Both the position numbers and the translations under genes were made by a program. 64,000 nt of DNA from an uncultured Nitrososphaerales archaeon (lineage in GTDB: Archaea; Thermoproteota; Nitrososphaeria; Nitrososphaerales; Nitrososphaeraceae). The notes under the pieces were generated by a model, which did not search any database, was not told the DNA's origin, and saw only the letters and a list, made by a program, of their open reading frames with translations. The stretch is from the NCBI GenBank assembly GCA_963713605.1, contig CAVQMO010000010.1, forward strand, positions 864,001 to 928,000. The letters run 5' to 3'. The number at the start of each line of letters is the position of its first letter. The first letter of the stretch is position 1. Positions 22,089-34,883 of the stretch are shown here, piece by piece.

Positions 22089-22217
22089 ATGGAAGAGGTA
22101 CCGGAGAATGATGGTTTTGTGGAAGATGAAGAGGATGATGAAGTCGACATTGATGATGAGTTTGAGGATATAGAAGAAGAAGATTTCGAAGAAAATAATG
22201 ACTCTGAATCTAGATGA
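22089..22217 (+). CDS. Hyper-acidic 42-aa peptide
   Basis: MEEVPENDGFVEDEEDDEVDIDDEFEDIEEEDFEENNDSESR*; 25 of 42 residues are D/E. Confidence 0.55.
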   Translation: MEEVPENDGFVEDEEDDEVDIDDEFEDIEEEDFEENNDSESR

Positions 22218-22681
22218 TATGGGTGCATAAGTTGAACTGATCCTCATCTTTATCCCTTATTTGACCTTTAATATTGACATTTCTTTAATTGATCGTACAT
22301 GTTCCAAATACAATAAATATGTTAATGGATGCCTTTGATTCATTTAAAATGTTGAGGGAGAACTTAGAAGTATTATCATCGATCGTTGATGATCTGAAAG
22401 TCCTAAACCCAACAAAAGGTTTATCTCCAGATTAATTCTTTTAAATATTGGAACCTGTTTTAAGAACCGGTAACGGCACGGAAACCCTTGGGCCCAAAAT
22501 TTATTAGGAATGGTAACCGTCAGGGCATTTATCATGAGCCGGAACAAAACTAGGTGATAGTTTTGGTGCCGGAATGGTAGGTAGGTTCCCGGTTGCTGAA
22601 TAATGAATGAACCCTATCTATGCACAAGTTATCAGCTTTTGCTAGAGGAAGAGTTAGAACCTGTATCTGTACTCCATAAAG

Positions 22682-23983
22682 TCATATTACCAGTAGTGGA
22701 GTAACAAAGGAATGTGAAAGACCTGAATGAGCTTCAAGCCATGCGTAAAGATCTGCTAATACATATTCTTGTATGGGTCCAATTCCAGTCGACCGCTGAG
22801 ATGAAGGATAGAACAGATGTCCTAGATTAGGATAAGTTATCAATGTATGGTCAGGATGATTTACTTCGGTCAGCCTTTGTTGTAAGAGAAACGCTTGCTG
22901 GACTGGAGTCAGAGAATCATTTTCTCCGTTAAGTAGTAGGATACCTGTAGACTTAGAGACATTACCAATGATGCTTAGAGTTGGTATCAAACTGGATAGT
23001 GAACTGCGCATTTCAGGACATCCTCCAAGCTCGTTGCATTTTGACAAATTGAAAGCCGTAAAGTTTTCAAATCCCTTCATGAGCAAGGGATTCAATTGTT
23101 TATCAATACTTATGTAACCAGCCTCAATTGTATTATTTCCAAATTGGTCTATTAGGGCGTTGGTTATGACTTTGCTATTATTAGTATGCAAAAGAGAAGA
23201 CGGCACTAATAAATTCCTTAACAGAGGATCCTTCGCTATTTGTTGTATTGATATCAATCCAGTGTGATTTTTATCCAATACCTGTGTAGCGTACTCTGAG
23301 GGAAAGGATACTGATTGACGGTATGCTGAATCTCGAAAGTTCTCAGCTACTGTACCCATAAGTATTATGTTCTTTACCTTCGTCGAATTATCTATTGCTA
23401 CTCTTGGAGCAATAATTGTACTTTCACTGTGACCGATTATAGATATTCTCTTAGGGTCCACCTCAGGTTGTTGTATAAGAACATTCATAGCTTTCTTACT
23501 GTCTTGAATTAGATCATCGATTGTAGCATTTCCCCACACATTTGTGTCCAAAATAGTATGATTTACACCAACACCTCTTTTATCGTACCGAAGTACTCCA
23601 AAGCCTCTTTCGGATAGATATTCAGCGATTTGAAAGAATGGTCTAGCAGGTGGGTATACCATTGCACCTGTTTCGTTATCAATACGGACGAAGTCTAGAG
23701 TTTCGTTCATATCTTGAGCACCAGAACCAGGAATAAGTACAACACCAGGAAATGGCCCTTTGCCAACTGCAGGAAAAGTAAGTTGGGCGTTACTCTTAAC
23801 TCCATTTCCTAAGTCTATTACGAGATCTCTATATTTTATTGTTGGAATGTATTGTTGAGCTAGCGCATGGTCTTGTAGTTTAAAAAAAGCAGTAGACAAA
23901 CAAGATAACCCAAGCGTACCTATCAAAAATAATCCAAGAGTTAGCGTCACACTTTTTTGTACGAGAGTACAATTGTGACACAA
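22682..23983 (-). CDS. Secreted alpha/beta hydrolase
   Basis: 'PGSGAQD', 'RYDKRG', nucleophile elbow GHSES, 'GEND', 'YPNLGH'. Confidence 0.9.
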   Translation of the reverse strand: MCHNCTLVQKSVTLTLGLFLIGTLGLSCLSTAFFKLQDHALAQQYIPTIKYRDLVIDLGNGVKSNAQLTFPAVGKGPFPGVVLIPGSGAQDMNETLDFVRIDNETGAMVYPPARPFFQIAEYLSERGFGVLRYDKRGVGVNHTILDTNVWGNATIDDLIQDSKKAMNVLIQQPEVDPKRISIIGHSESTIIAPRVAIDNSTKVKNIILMGTVAENFRDSAYRQSVSFPSEYATQVLDKNHTGLISIQQIAKDPLLRNLLVPSSLLHTNNSKVITNALIDQFGNNTIEAGYISIDKQLNPLLMKGFENFTAFNLSKCNELGGCPEMRSSLSSLIPTLSIIGNVSKSTGILLLNGENDSLTPVQQAFLLQQRLTEVNHPDHTLITYPNLGHLFYPSSQRSTGIGPIQEYVLADLYAWLEAHSGLSHSFVTPLLVI

Positions 23984-24300
23984 GTAGATGATGCTTGTAT
24001 TTGAGGATTTATTTTTAAATATTGACTGTGGACATCTCTATATTCCAGATGAATTACGTTAATTAGCTAGGACCAAATAGTAAATCTAGATCAAAAATAA
24101 GAACAGTCCCTGTCTTTAGAAATTCTGGATGAGCCTACAAATTACGTCAGAAATGGTTCACACACGCTCAAATGTTCCACTACCTCTATCTATCTATATC
24201 TATAACCTGTCTCACATTAAATTAATTCGCTTGGCACAGTCAGGACGATACGTTTTTTGTAATGGCTATCTCTAGCAGCACGGCTACTTCTGAGCCGCAA

Positions 24301-24369
24301 CCAGCCACGACGATCTATTCGTCCTATTTTGTGATCGGAGAAATTTCTTAGTTGATATTTAATGGGAGT
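24301..24369. repeat. 69-bp exact dispersed repeat, copy 1
   Basis: Identical to 48484-48552. Confidence 0.95.
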
Positions 24370-24456
24370 GAGTCTAGTTAAGTAGGTTCTGGAAGATAGT
24401 AAGTAGAATTTTATGATATGTGATGCTCATGAGTTAAAATTGTATCGCCACTATGT

Positions 24457-24790
24457 TTAGTACCCTATCTCGTATACGTTGGAAACCTCCTTAACAATTA
24501 TCACGCCACGAGGCTCATCCTGCGAACCCATGTTGTTCACAAGATCATCAATAATTTCTTCTGCTAAAGTATCAGGTACGACTGTGACGACCCGAGTCCT
24601 AGCTTCATATTCTGGAGTGACTGTTCTGACACTCCATCCATCTCTCTCACGTATTTCTCTGCGTTTCATACGGCCTGCGCCCTGAACTTCATCGAAGGAC
24701 ATACCGCTGACATTGAAGTTACGAAGAGTATCGGTCACTTTAGAAAGATCCTCCTCGATAATATAGATATTTAATTCTTTCACAACTCCT
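24457..24790 (-). CDS. P-II family nitrogen regulatory protein
   Basis: 'VSGMSFDEVQGAGR', T-loop, '..GVIIVKEVSNVYEI'. Start uncertain; possible 3' frameshift. Confidence 0.8.
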
Positions 24791-25164
24791 AATCGCGGAT
24801 CTTGTAGATAAGTTTTTCTTGACCTTTCAAGGAAACACGATCCACTACTACTCCTATTAGTATTCAAATTTGAAATATTACAATGCCAGTGCAGATTCTA
24901 TAACTCAACGAATCGAATCGTCAGGTAAACCATGTTTGTTTGATTGCAGTGTATCAAATAGCAATCGTTCATAATCAAATAATGGATAACTAACACCTTC
25001 TTTCTGAGGTATGTCTATAGCGTGATTGAATGAATAACTATTTGTATTCTGGAAGTTGTAGAAAAGGTAGACCTTTTAATACTTCAAACTGTTCTGAAGA
25101 TCCTAACATTGCATTAATGAATTATACCCAATAATTGATAACTTGAGATTTAAACTCAATTTCT

Positions 25165-26530
25165 TCACCGCATTTCTTCGCTTACATCTCTTGCTGGCGA
25201 CGTAAGCCATTCAAACATATCCTGTAGGACATAGTCTTCTATTGGCCCACTTTGGGCTATCCATTCGCTTGAAGGAGAAAGTGAATGTCCAAGGTTTGGA
25301 TAGGTAATAATAAGATGGTCAGGATGATTTACTTCTGTTAGTCTCTGCTGAAATAGTAACCCTTGTTCAATCGGAGTTGCAGTATCATTTTCTCCTTGAA
25401 GTATTAGAATACCTTTATCTGATGGTACGTTTCCTATCATGCTCAACGTACTTTCCAAATTAGAATGAGATTTCATCCGTAGGACAGCCTTCCAAACCGC
25501 TATTCCATTCAAAGTATCTGTACTGGACCTCAAGACATTTAGCTGCTAACGCAGAAGCTGTCGGGGATGTAACATTCAAATAAGCAGCTAAAAGCGCTGG
25601 TTCAAGTTTATTTTCAATATTTATGGTATCTTGATTCATCGCTTTGGATGTAGCTTGATGCGTCTCAGCCACCGACTTGTTCTGATAGCCAGCAAGGTTA
25701 TCCTGGTCAAGAAGAAGGTGTGTAAGATTGCCACCTACCAGATTCTGGAGAATAGAATCATTAGATACTTTTTCCAGCGTTAACATTCCACCGTTACTTT
25801 TGTCTAAAACTTTATCGACGTAATCCAGAGGATTAGTAACGATTTGGAAATATAAGAGGTCTTTAAGCTTGTTTGCGACTGCACCCATTAGCCCTATATT
25901 CCTCACTTTATCTGGGTTATCAACAGCAATTCTGGGGGCTATCATAGTGCCTTCACTGTGTCCAATTAGCGTTGTCTTGTTGGTTGCGTTAACTTCAGGC
26001 TGCTGCAATAGTACCTGACAACGCCTTCTCAGCATCTTGTTTCAGATCGTTAAATGTAAGATTTCCCCATACATTGCTATCTGAAATCGTAAGATTGGAA
26101 GTAACACCTCTCTTATCATATCTAAGTACAGACAAATCCTCTTTCTGATAGATGCTCTGCTATTTGGAAAAATGTTTGCTTGTCAGGGTATTTCTTTATA
26201 CCTGTCTTGTTATCAACAAGAATAAGTCCCCCAGTCTCATTCAGATCATTTGTCCCAGAGCCATGAATAAGAAGGATACCAGGAAATGGTCCTTCTCCTA
26301 CAGAAGGAAGAGTTAGTTGAGCATTAGTCTTTAATCCATTACCAAGATCAATTGTTAGATTTCTATGCTTTACTGTCTCTACATAGGATTGAGCGTACAC
26401 ATCGGTAACAGCTGTGTGATGATCTAAAGTAGATCCATTGAGAATTGAAACCGACATAGCAAACAAAAATACTGCAATGATCGTTATTGATGATGAAACG
26501 TCACGATTCTTCCTGTTGTAATCCGGATTG
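25165..26530 (-). pseudogene. Secreted alpha/beta hydrolase, paralog of 22682-23983, with several frameshifts
   Basis: Three ORFs join: 'HGSGTND', 'GHSEG', 'QGENDT', 'YPNLGH'. Confidence 0.85.
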
Positions 26531-26704
26531 ACTGAAGCCAAAGTCTCGAATAACTGGATCTTCGTAATATAGTTAATCCTGTTGTTGGCTGACTTTCTGT
26601 GAAGATACCAAGTTTTTTGAACCCACTTTAAAGTGGGCCCAAAAGGATTGAGATGAAAATTCGTGAAATAGCAACTATTCATCAGAACTGTCGTAACTAT
26701 CATA

Positions 26705-26941
26705 CCCTGCGGTCATCTTCACTTGAGCAATCCAATCTCACTTCAAGCCGAATTTTGAATGATGCATTTCCACCGTGTATCTATCAGGGGCATCTAACAA
26801 ACAAAACATCGTGCCAGAATATATATCATAAAAGGTATTGAGGACCTTAACGCCTAGTTCATCTCTAGGTTCCTTTTGACTCTTCTTTAGGTCATCTTCA
26901 GTAAACTTGTTCATCGAGTGAAAGTCTAGGATCGCAGGCAT
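26705..26941 (-). CDS. DUF4242/SCO4226-like small protein (3' frameshift)
   Basis: 'MPAILDFH...GVK...G.MFCLLDAPD..VEMHH.K.GLK'. Confidence 0.7.
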
Positions 26942-27325
26942 GTAGTCGAATTCTTGCTTCGCTTGCGAATGCTGAGTGAATCACAATAAGTACCGCAAAC
27001 AAAGTAAATCGATGGCCAGAATAAAACTAGTCTAAATGCAAGTCTTCATGCTCTTTGAACCGCCCCCTCAGAGATTGCTAATTAAGGCCTTTCAGTTCGC
27101 CCAAAGTAGCGGTGCTCTTTGACTCAAGACGAAAGGTTGAATAGGTTAAGGTTATCTATTCCTCCCATGAACTTTTCTCAATGACTGATGTAGAGGGAGC
27201 CGTACGGTCATTGTCGGCACCGACCACTATTATAACTAACTGACTACTCAACGCCCGCGGTGTTTAGATTACTATTGGAAAAACACAAGCAAGTCCTTTG
27301 CTTTAGCAGAGGACTCGCTCCTAAA

Positions 27326-27389
27326 CTCCTATCTCTTTATTCTATGCATACTATTTGCTCCTATCTCTTTATTCTATGCATACTATTTG
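27326..27389. repeat. 32-bp tandem duplication
   Basis: CTCCTATCTCTTTATTCTATGCATACTATTTG twice. Confidence 0.9.
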
Positions 27390-28098
27390 CAACAAGAGTT
27401 TCGACAGCTTCTCTCAGCTCCCTCAAGTAATGGACAATCTTGATGGGCCATTAATAATTTATCAAAGTTAACTTTAGAGAGCCTTTGTGCAGATACAATT
27501 GCTGTGACTGGATCTATAGACACTTGTGGTGCAGATATATACATACCCTCTGCTCCAAATACGTGTTTGTATATACTATCTGCTCCCAGAAGAAGTTTAT
27601 CCTTTTCATAGTAAAGTGTGTCCTGGTGTATGTCCTGGAGTATGAATGACCTTGAGGCTCCCAATCATATCGCCATCAGATACCTGCTCATCGACATTAA
27701 TAGGTTCTACCTCGAAACTTCCATACTCCTTTATTAAGACTCCAAGCTTCTCTAATTTATCAGCAGTTTCATTTGTAGTAGGTGGACCTTGGTATGGTGG
27801 ATTATGGGCCAGGTATTGTGCCTCAATCCAGTGGGAATAAATCTTCGCACCAGATCCCCTCCTTATTTCATTGGCAGCTTGTGAATGATCTACATGTACA
27901 TGAGTTAGGATTATACGTTTTACATTCTTAATATCATATCCTATATCAAGCAGATAACTTTCAAGTATTGGTAATTGTGAAAGAAATGAAGGATCGATTA
28001 GCGTCAGATTATTTTGATCCTCTACCTTTCCCCTTTCCGCGTGGATCGGGGTGAGCTATCCCTTCGATTGAGTACACTTTTGGAGTAATCTCTGTCAT
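27360..28098 (-). pseudogene. MBL-fold metallo-hydrolase, frameshifted
   Basis: ILTHVHVDH (HxHxDH), PGH-like segment, 'LLLGADS', 'LLMAHQD'. Confidence 0.85.
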
Positions 28099-28740
28099 GT
28101 GATTCCAAGTGAATAGATTTTTAGGCCCATATAATTTTTAATGCTTGCTATACTTTTTACACCTCGATATAGGATTGGATATACATTCCGCCTTGATTAC
28201 ACTCTTTATCTTTATGCGAATATATCTTTCTTATACTTCGTTATGCAAGCAGCCGCCGCAGCACGGGCTCAGAGGTATCAGTACCGATATCGGTGCCAAA
28301 AGTAGGTTTCTATCATACTGAATATAATAAAGAAAGTCTCGGGGGCAAAAAATCAACCTATTGCTTTTTGCAAACAGTAAGCCATGATCAAGGCGGATAA
28401 AATATGGGTTATAGATTCTTTAATAGAGGCGTCTGCCACTAGGAGCAATAGTAAGAATCGTTTGTCCTCTAGTAGAGGAGAATTCAGAAATAGTCAAAAC
28501 GATATCCGAGAGAACTCCTGATATTAGAATTCTAAACTGATAGTAGCGCTAGCTTCCATTCTGGTCTTTTTGTAGTAGATAGAGCAAGCCTTATGAGGTT
28601 TGAGCTCAAAGAACCAAAAGCTGAAGAGTTTTCAGAAGCTATTGGATTTGTAATATTCTCTAATAATAAGGCCAGTGTAGACTCCTCAAAGACTCATAAC
28701 TTTCGTCATCTTCCATCATAGCAAGTATGTCATTTTAGCA

Positions 28741-29262
28741 CTAACTAATGGTAAATACAAATGGTTTTGTAACGTTACCGGGCTGCTTATTCTCTGTTAG
28801 GTAATAAACAGTGGCGGTCGCTGGAGTTTCCCCAGCCTTGACTGCCTGGTATATTGTCCCAGGAACTGGACCGGCCACTGTAATCTCTTCTCCTTGGTTT
28901 AATTCGAACGGGGATGAAGTAGCGGTGCAGCCTTGGAATTGATCCTGTCTTATAACCACATTTCTCATAAAAAATGCAGTTAAAGGTGAATCGCAACGCC
29001 CGGCAGGTAACATTATTGTGTTTGGTGAATTATTAACTACTGTTGCTAATATTTCAAAATTGCTGCCAGCCTTTACATTTGAAGGTGAGGGATGAATATT
29101 AATCAGGTCAACCCCTGAGCCTGTCGCATTCCCAGTCGAATTGGTAGATTGGGAGTACGCATATTGATTCTCTGCTACCTCTGGAAAAGATAGGAATGTA
29201 AAAGTGATGAGTATGCCTATCACAGAGAGCATGATATATTGCTTTGTTTTACAAAACTGCAT
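28741..29262 (-). CDS. Secreted Ig-like hypothetical protein
   Basis: Signal peptide ending AYS|Q; beta-rich body with a Cys pair. Confidence 0.75.
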   Translation of the reverse strand: MQFCKTKQYIMLSVIGILITFTFLSFPEVAENQYAYSQSTNSTGNATGSGVDLINIHPSPSNVKAGSNFEILATVVNNSPNTIMLPAGRCDSPLTAFFMRNVVIRQDQFQGCTATSSPFELNQGEEITVAGPVPGTIYQAVKAGETPATATVYYLTENKQPGNVTKPFVFTIS

Positions 29263-29867
29263 ATAGAATATCTCATTTGATGTCCGCGGGAATATTTGTA
29301 CTTATCTGCTATCTCGGTTGTGGAACTGATATAACAGATTTCAACGAAGCAGAGGGGGATAAGGCAACCGGCAATTGTAGAGGGAAAAGGGAATGGAAAG
29401 AACAAATAACAGCATCTCCCATTCTCACTACGTCTTGTATATTCAACGAGAGAGAATACCAATTACTACTTTGACTTCATAAGTGGATGTGAACAAGCCG
29501 GCTGGTCTACACACGACTGTGTGAAAGCGGTAAAAGTTAACTAAATGAACATGTTATTATCTATTCTAATCTCATTTGGAGTTGCCACACTAGGTAGTTT
29601 AAGGCAGCGATGATGAACCCTTACAGATTTAGATAGAATAATAGAGATCTGAACTGGAGTAATAGCTTAACAAATATTATGTGTGTCAACAACGGAAGAT
29701 GATGGCTAGACAGAAGGTGATTATGAGGGACTTGAGTTAGAATAATCATTACGGACTTCCGGGTTGTAATTCAATTTGTGATGCTAAAAACATTCAACTT
29801 GTTTTAGTATGCCGAAAAGTTGAAATCAAAGAAAAATAGTTGATAACCAATCTGGCAGGTATTTGAA

Positions 29868-31207
29868 TTGGAGCGAATTAAGGCCGCAACTATATTCTCA
29901 AGATCCGATCCAGATCGACGACTTTTTGTTCTTATGATAGTTGTGATAGCTGCCATTACAGTAGAATCTCAGATTGGTTATGTTGCTGATTTTATACCTG
30001 AACAACTATCCTCCAATGCTGGAATTTTTGCATTTATATCAATAGCAGTAATATGTATGATAACCCAACATTTCATTCTACAACATGTCAAACAATCAAA
30101 CAAACAGACAAGACAAAGAGTACCACATCTAGACATATTACACACAGGCGTTTCTATTGCCCAATATTTTCTTGCATGCATAATAGCTGTTGTTATATTA
30201 CAAATACTATTTACACAGCAATACAACATTATTACTCTCTATATCACTTATGCCATCAGCTATGGGCTATGGATAGCAACTTTGGCTCTTTTGGCCAAAG
30301 CTTTTTTCTCTTGGTATGTACAGTTCGAATAAGAATCTTATCGTGTTAATACTTGCTTTATCAATGATTGCATATGTAATAAATGGATTAGCCGGTTTAA
30401 TTGAATATTCCGATACGCTGGGGCAACAAAAGAAAATAATATTATCAACTGACGTAGCCTACTTTCCAGAATTTAGCAGCGAGTCAATCGTCAGTCAGAT
30501 TGGTGTGATCAATCATATAGCAGGTACAGCCGCCTATATTCTTACCTGGATTGGGACTGTCAAGATGTTATATCCGTACATCAAAAGGTTGGGTAAGATC
30601 AAGTTCTGGATTATTATGGGTGTACGCTATGATTTACTATCTTATTGAATATCCACTTTTTGTCTTGGGTTATTTTACTCCATCAGAGAACGTAGATGCA
30701 ATGACGAATATACTTATATTTTCAGTGGCTGCACTTCTGTCGGGAATCATATTCGGAGCGGCTTTCTTATCGGTAGCCAGAACATTGCGAAAAGGCAGTG
30801 ATCTCAAAAATCACATGATAGTTGCGGCGTATGGTTTTCTTCTCTTCTATATTGCTGGATCCGCTCTGGCCGCACAGGCTGCATATCCACCGTATGGAAT
30901 GGTTTCCATCTCTTTTATTGGATTATCTTGCTATTTAATATATACTGGTCTATACTCTTCAGCAGTAACTGTTTCCCAAGATACCACATTGCGTCTGTCC
31001 ATTAAAAAATCAATTAATGAACAGGCAAATTTATTGCATGGTATGGGGTCGGCTCATATGGAACAAGAGATACAATCCACCGTATTGAAGATTGCAAAAA
31101 AACACTCAGAAGTGTTAACAGAAAAGACTGGAGTTGAATCTTCAATGACAGAGACTGACATTAAAGAATACATGGCAATGGTACTAAGTGAGATTCACAA
31201 GTCTTAA
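29868..31207 (+). CDS. Polytopic membrane protein (three frameshifted ORFs)
   Basis: Many TM helices; 'YPPYGMVSISF.GLSCYLIYTGLY' and a soluble C-terminal tail. Confidence 0.75.
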
Positions 31208-31771
31208 TAATCTTATGGCTCTCATTGGAGAGCCTGATCGAGCACAATCTTAGCCTCATTTTATATACTACTTTTGGTTAGTCGTTCGGACATAAAAATT
31301 ACAAAGCGTGATCGAGCGGAACATATTATCATTACTTAATGCATCAACTACCTGGGCAATAAATACAATCAGAAAAATAATGAAAAACACTCTACCATTG
31401 AATTTTGGTTCGTGGAATATGGCATTAACTTTCAAGACAAACTTCTACTGATTTCATGTCACTGCAAGGTATTATTATTTTTTAATATAGTTTAATCTAC
31501 TGGCTCACGATCTTATATTCGTCCATTTCTACGATCTTGACCATATTTTAGCTTACGGGTCTTGAATATTTCAGCTTTTATCAATTACAGATGTATCAGA
31601 CTAAAACAGTCTACATCAGATATTCTACTCTAATATGAATTTCATAGCCATGCGAGTATAAGACGGTACATAATAACAGTTGAGTAACAGTAGGTAACAA
31701 TAACCGTTACAACGGTAACAGATAATAACAGATCGAAAAAGCTTTGTAGCGCTGATTGCCAATAATATATA

Positions 31772-32360
31772 TTGCAAGCTGTATTAAACAAACAAGAGAG
31801 ATAGAGGTTAGTAGTTAGACTTCATAAAGAAGGTAAGACAATACGTGAAATCGCACATGCTGCCTCATCTTTCATTTGCTGACATTGGGAAGATCATCCG
31901 GATGATAAACGGACTACAAGTTGAGGCTGTTGACTTAAAAGATAAATCAATCGAAACACGTGCCATTTTCCTCTTTTCGATTGGTAAGACTCCGCTTGCA
32001 ATAGAGCTTAAACATGCCCGCCATATGCAAGAAGAGTTCTAGGCTCTCAACCAACTTCATGAGCTGGCTTTTGTCTACAGCGAAATCAAAACCTTTCTGC
32101 CATCATTTCTGAAGTTGTTCCATTGTTTGAAATCGCGCCGTATGTTGGATGAAAAACATATTTTTAAGTTCCTCAAATACGGAAATTATGATTTATCTGA
32201 TTTATCGAATAGAGTTCTATATCTCAGTAATGAGATAACAAATCTAGAGGGCCAAAAGAGAAATTCGATGAATAACGTAATTCTATGGAATGCTCAATTA
32301 TCAGATCTTGGTAAAGCTTTAGATCACAAAAACCAACAACTACAGCAGATGGGTAAATAG
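31772..32360 (+). pseudogene. HTH DNA-binding protein relic
   Basis: 'LHKEGKTIREIAH..HLSFADIGKII'; several stops and frameshifts. Confidence 0.65.
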
Positions 32361-32441
32361 ATATCATAGGATTGACGCTGGTCCTAATACCTTTAATACA
32401 TTAGTTCATATTACCATAATGTAGATCAACTACGACTTTTA

Positions 32442-32678
32442 ATGAGTTACTGACAGAACACGGGAGGTTCCTCAAAACCTGTAGAAACAGGCAAAGAGTA
32501 CACGGTAGACATCACTGACACCGGTAAATCGGGTGATGGTATTGCGAAAATACAAGGCTTTATAATATTTGTAAAAGGCGCAAAGGCGGGGGACAAAAAC
32601 GTAAAGATTAAGATTAATTCAGTGGGTAGTAGATTTGCTACTGCAGAAATAGTAGCAGGTTCGACAGATATGATTTAG
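32442..32678 (+). pseudogene. Single-TRAM-domain RNA-binding protein with TGA at codon 4
   Basis: MSY*QNTGGSSKPVETGKEYTVDITDTGKSGDGIAKIQGFIIFVKGAKAGDKNVKIKINSVGSRFATAEIV. Confidence 0.9.
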
Positions 32679-32865
32679 GTTTTATTTATATAGCTAAACG
32701 AAGCTACCTAACATTACCCCCTAACGTATAATTATATCACTAATTTCTCCTATTGAGTAATAGGTTATTTCAGGTTTAGTATATTCGATTGTTACTAACT
32801 GGACTCGAGTTACTCTGATACCGAACAACTCGGTCACTGACTACTGTTTAATAACAGGGAAAGTA

Positions 32866-33090
32866 TTATGAATCTGACCACTCGAACTGTTGTTTTACAC
32901 GTGAGATGCAAAGATTAGTGGGTCGTATAATGTCACTATTATAAGATAGCTTCAATATCTCAGACATGCATGGTAAAGATTTATGACCGAACGCTTCTAA
33001 TTCATTTAATAATGAACTGATTTCATCGGGATTAAGACTCGTTAATATTTTATGTTGTAAAACCTTCATTTGTTCCTGTTCGTTTAACAT
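32866..33090 (-). CDS. Small helical hypothetical protein
   Basis: 74-aa ORF downstream of 33151-33519. Confidence 0.45.
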   Translation of the reverse strand: MLNEQEQMKVLQHKILTSLNPDEISSLLNELEAFGHKSLPCMSEILKLSYNSDIIRPTNLCISRVKQQFEWSDS

Positions 33091-33150
33091 TTGACATCAA
33101 TCAATAAGTCAGTCAGACTTAATATCATATAATTATTCTTTGTAATTTTA

Positions 33151-33519
33151 CTATCCAGGTCTCACTAAGGCATTAACAGATTCCTGTCTAGACACAACTC
33201 TATTACTCTTATAGAATTCAATCTCCATCCCTCTTGTTAGGCTATATTCTATTCTAAATGATTCGTCAGTCGCAATAGGCATCAGTTCGGTGTTATGTGA
33301 ATTACAAACATGACAATCGAGAACATGCGATGATGATCCAGATAGAGACTCTAAATCATCAATGCCGAAATAAGACGCACACCAGTAACAGGAATTACAA
33401 ATCACAAAATAGATTTTATCGATAGGCTGCAATATTTTATTGTTTTCTATGGTAATAGGAGAGAGCTTGATTTTTTTCAGTGGCAAGTCGTACACCATGC
33501 TAAGTCTAGTCTTTTTCAT
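33151..33519 (-). CDS. Cys-rich zinc-binding protein
   Basis: CNSCYWC...CHVC; paralogs at 62812 and 16240. Confidence 0.75.
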   Translation of the reverse strand: MKKTRLSMVYDLPLKKIKLSPITIENNKILQPIDKIYFVICNSCYWCASYFGIDDLESLSGSSSHVLDCHVCNSHNTELMPIATDESFRIEYSLTRGMEIEFYKSNRVVSRQESVNALVRPG

Positions 33520-33739
33520 TACATCTCAAATAGTATCATCTCACCTTGAGCATATATACATTGTCATATCAACTTTTCTGAGCCAAATCAGAGAGAAGCT
33601 ATAAATTCTTGAGGAAATGATCATATTATTATAAATTCTGTGCTATAAATATTTTTCATAATGATATTTGATCAATACGGTAGTAGGTCGGGGTAATTCG
33701 TTCTATTCATTCCCGACTCGGATGAGTTCTGTTTAGTCT

Positions 33740-34183
33740 GGTCATCTTAGCTTTCTCCAGAAGTGGAAAGTGCAGTAGTTAGAAGATATTTATTGATCTC
33801 TGCATTGGGTATGTTATTATTCTTCACAATAAATCAATATCCGCCGCTTCAAGAGAGCTTGATCCCGCCATTTGGTGTCGTCTCAAAATCGTTCGAGGGA
33901 TTGTCATGTTATATGATTTTCATCGGGATATATACCACTGTAATATATCTTTCACGCAGGAATACCCCCACAAACATAGTATTGAATTGTCAAGCGACAG
34001 GCTCTTTGGTTCTTTTGTCAGATCAGAACAAGAAATCCAAATTAAAGAAATTATCAGACAAAATATGGACCATATCAACCCTTTGAGGAGGTTAAGACAG
34101 AAGATTTGTCAAAAGAAGAAATTAGTGAACTTGTGAATATAGTAAAAAAAGAAATATCGCAACGTAAAAACTCCGATGGCTGA
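33740..34183 (+). pseudogene. C-terminal fragment of a membrane protein related to 29868-31207
   Basis: 'PPFGVVSKSFEGLSCYMIFIGIY' and 'FGSFVRSEQEIQI'; frameshifted. Confidence 0.65.
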
Positions 34184-34883
34184 AAACTATAATCTTTTTC
34201 AAACAATCATCGCATTATGGAACATCAAATGGATAGAGACCTAGAAGGGCTATAGGTCGACCGCAGGCATTTGAAGAGAGTTCCGCTGAGCACTTAAATA
34301 TAATGGCGACCTCAGCGTCACTACGAACTCTTTAATTAGTGGGTTTGATTAAGATGGCATCTTTTTCTGAGAGTTAATTTTATATCCGGGCCAACACCGA
34401 GATTTCCAACTTTATCATACTTACAATATATTTTTCTGGCCTGTTGGGCGTTAATAGAAAACACGAGTGATCGTTGTTTCCAGAAATATACGTATTGAAC
34501 CCACTTTAAGATCCAAGATACTGAGAATGAGATTAATGCTCAAATAATAGACTGTAATTAAGATGGTCACAAACTTAACAAAACAGATTTAATAATACAC
34601 TCTATCGTGATTTCAGTACGACCATGACTATCTCTTTTAGAGTATTAATCTGGCCAAGCATGGTATTTTTGTCCCCGGTTCTGCAGGGCTTGTGATATAT
34701 TCAAAGCATCGCTTTCCCAAAACTCTCCGTCTCATCAGCTCATCTACTAATTCTTCGTTAGCTAGACACATTTTAGCAAAAAGTTAACTTACTGCTCTTC
34801 AGATGCAATATACGTTAACTTATTTTACTACTAATATAAACTAATTTACCCGACACGGTTAAATCATCAAATATTGACCAACA

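Noticed and set aside
21999..22247. Hydrophobic minus-strand ORF
   Set aside because: Antisense shadow of the acidic GAA/GAT-rich ORF.
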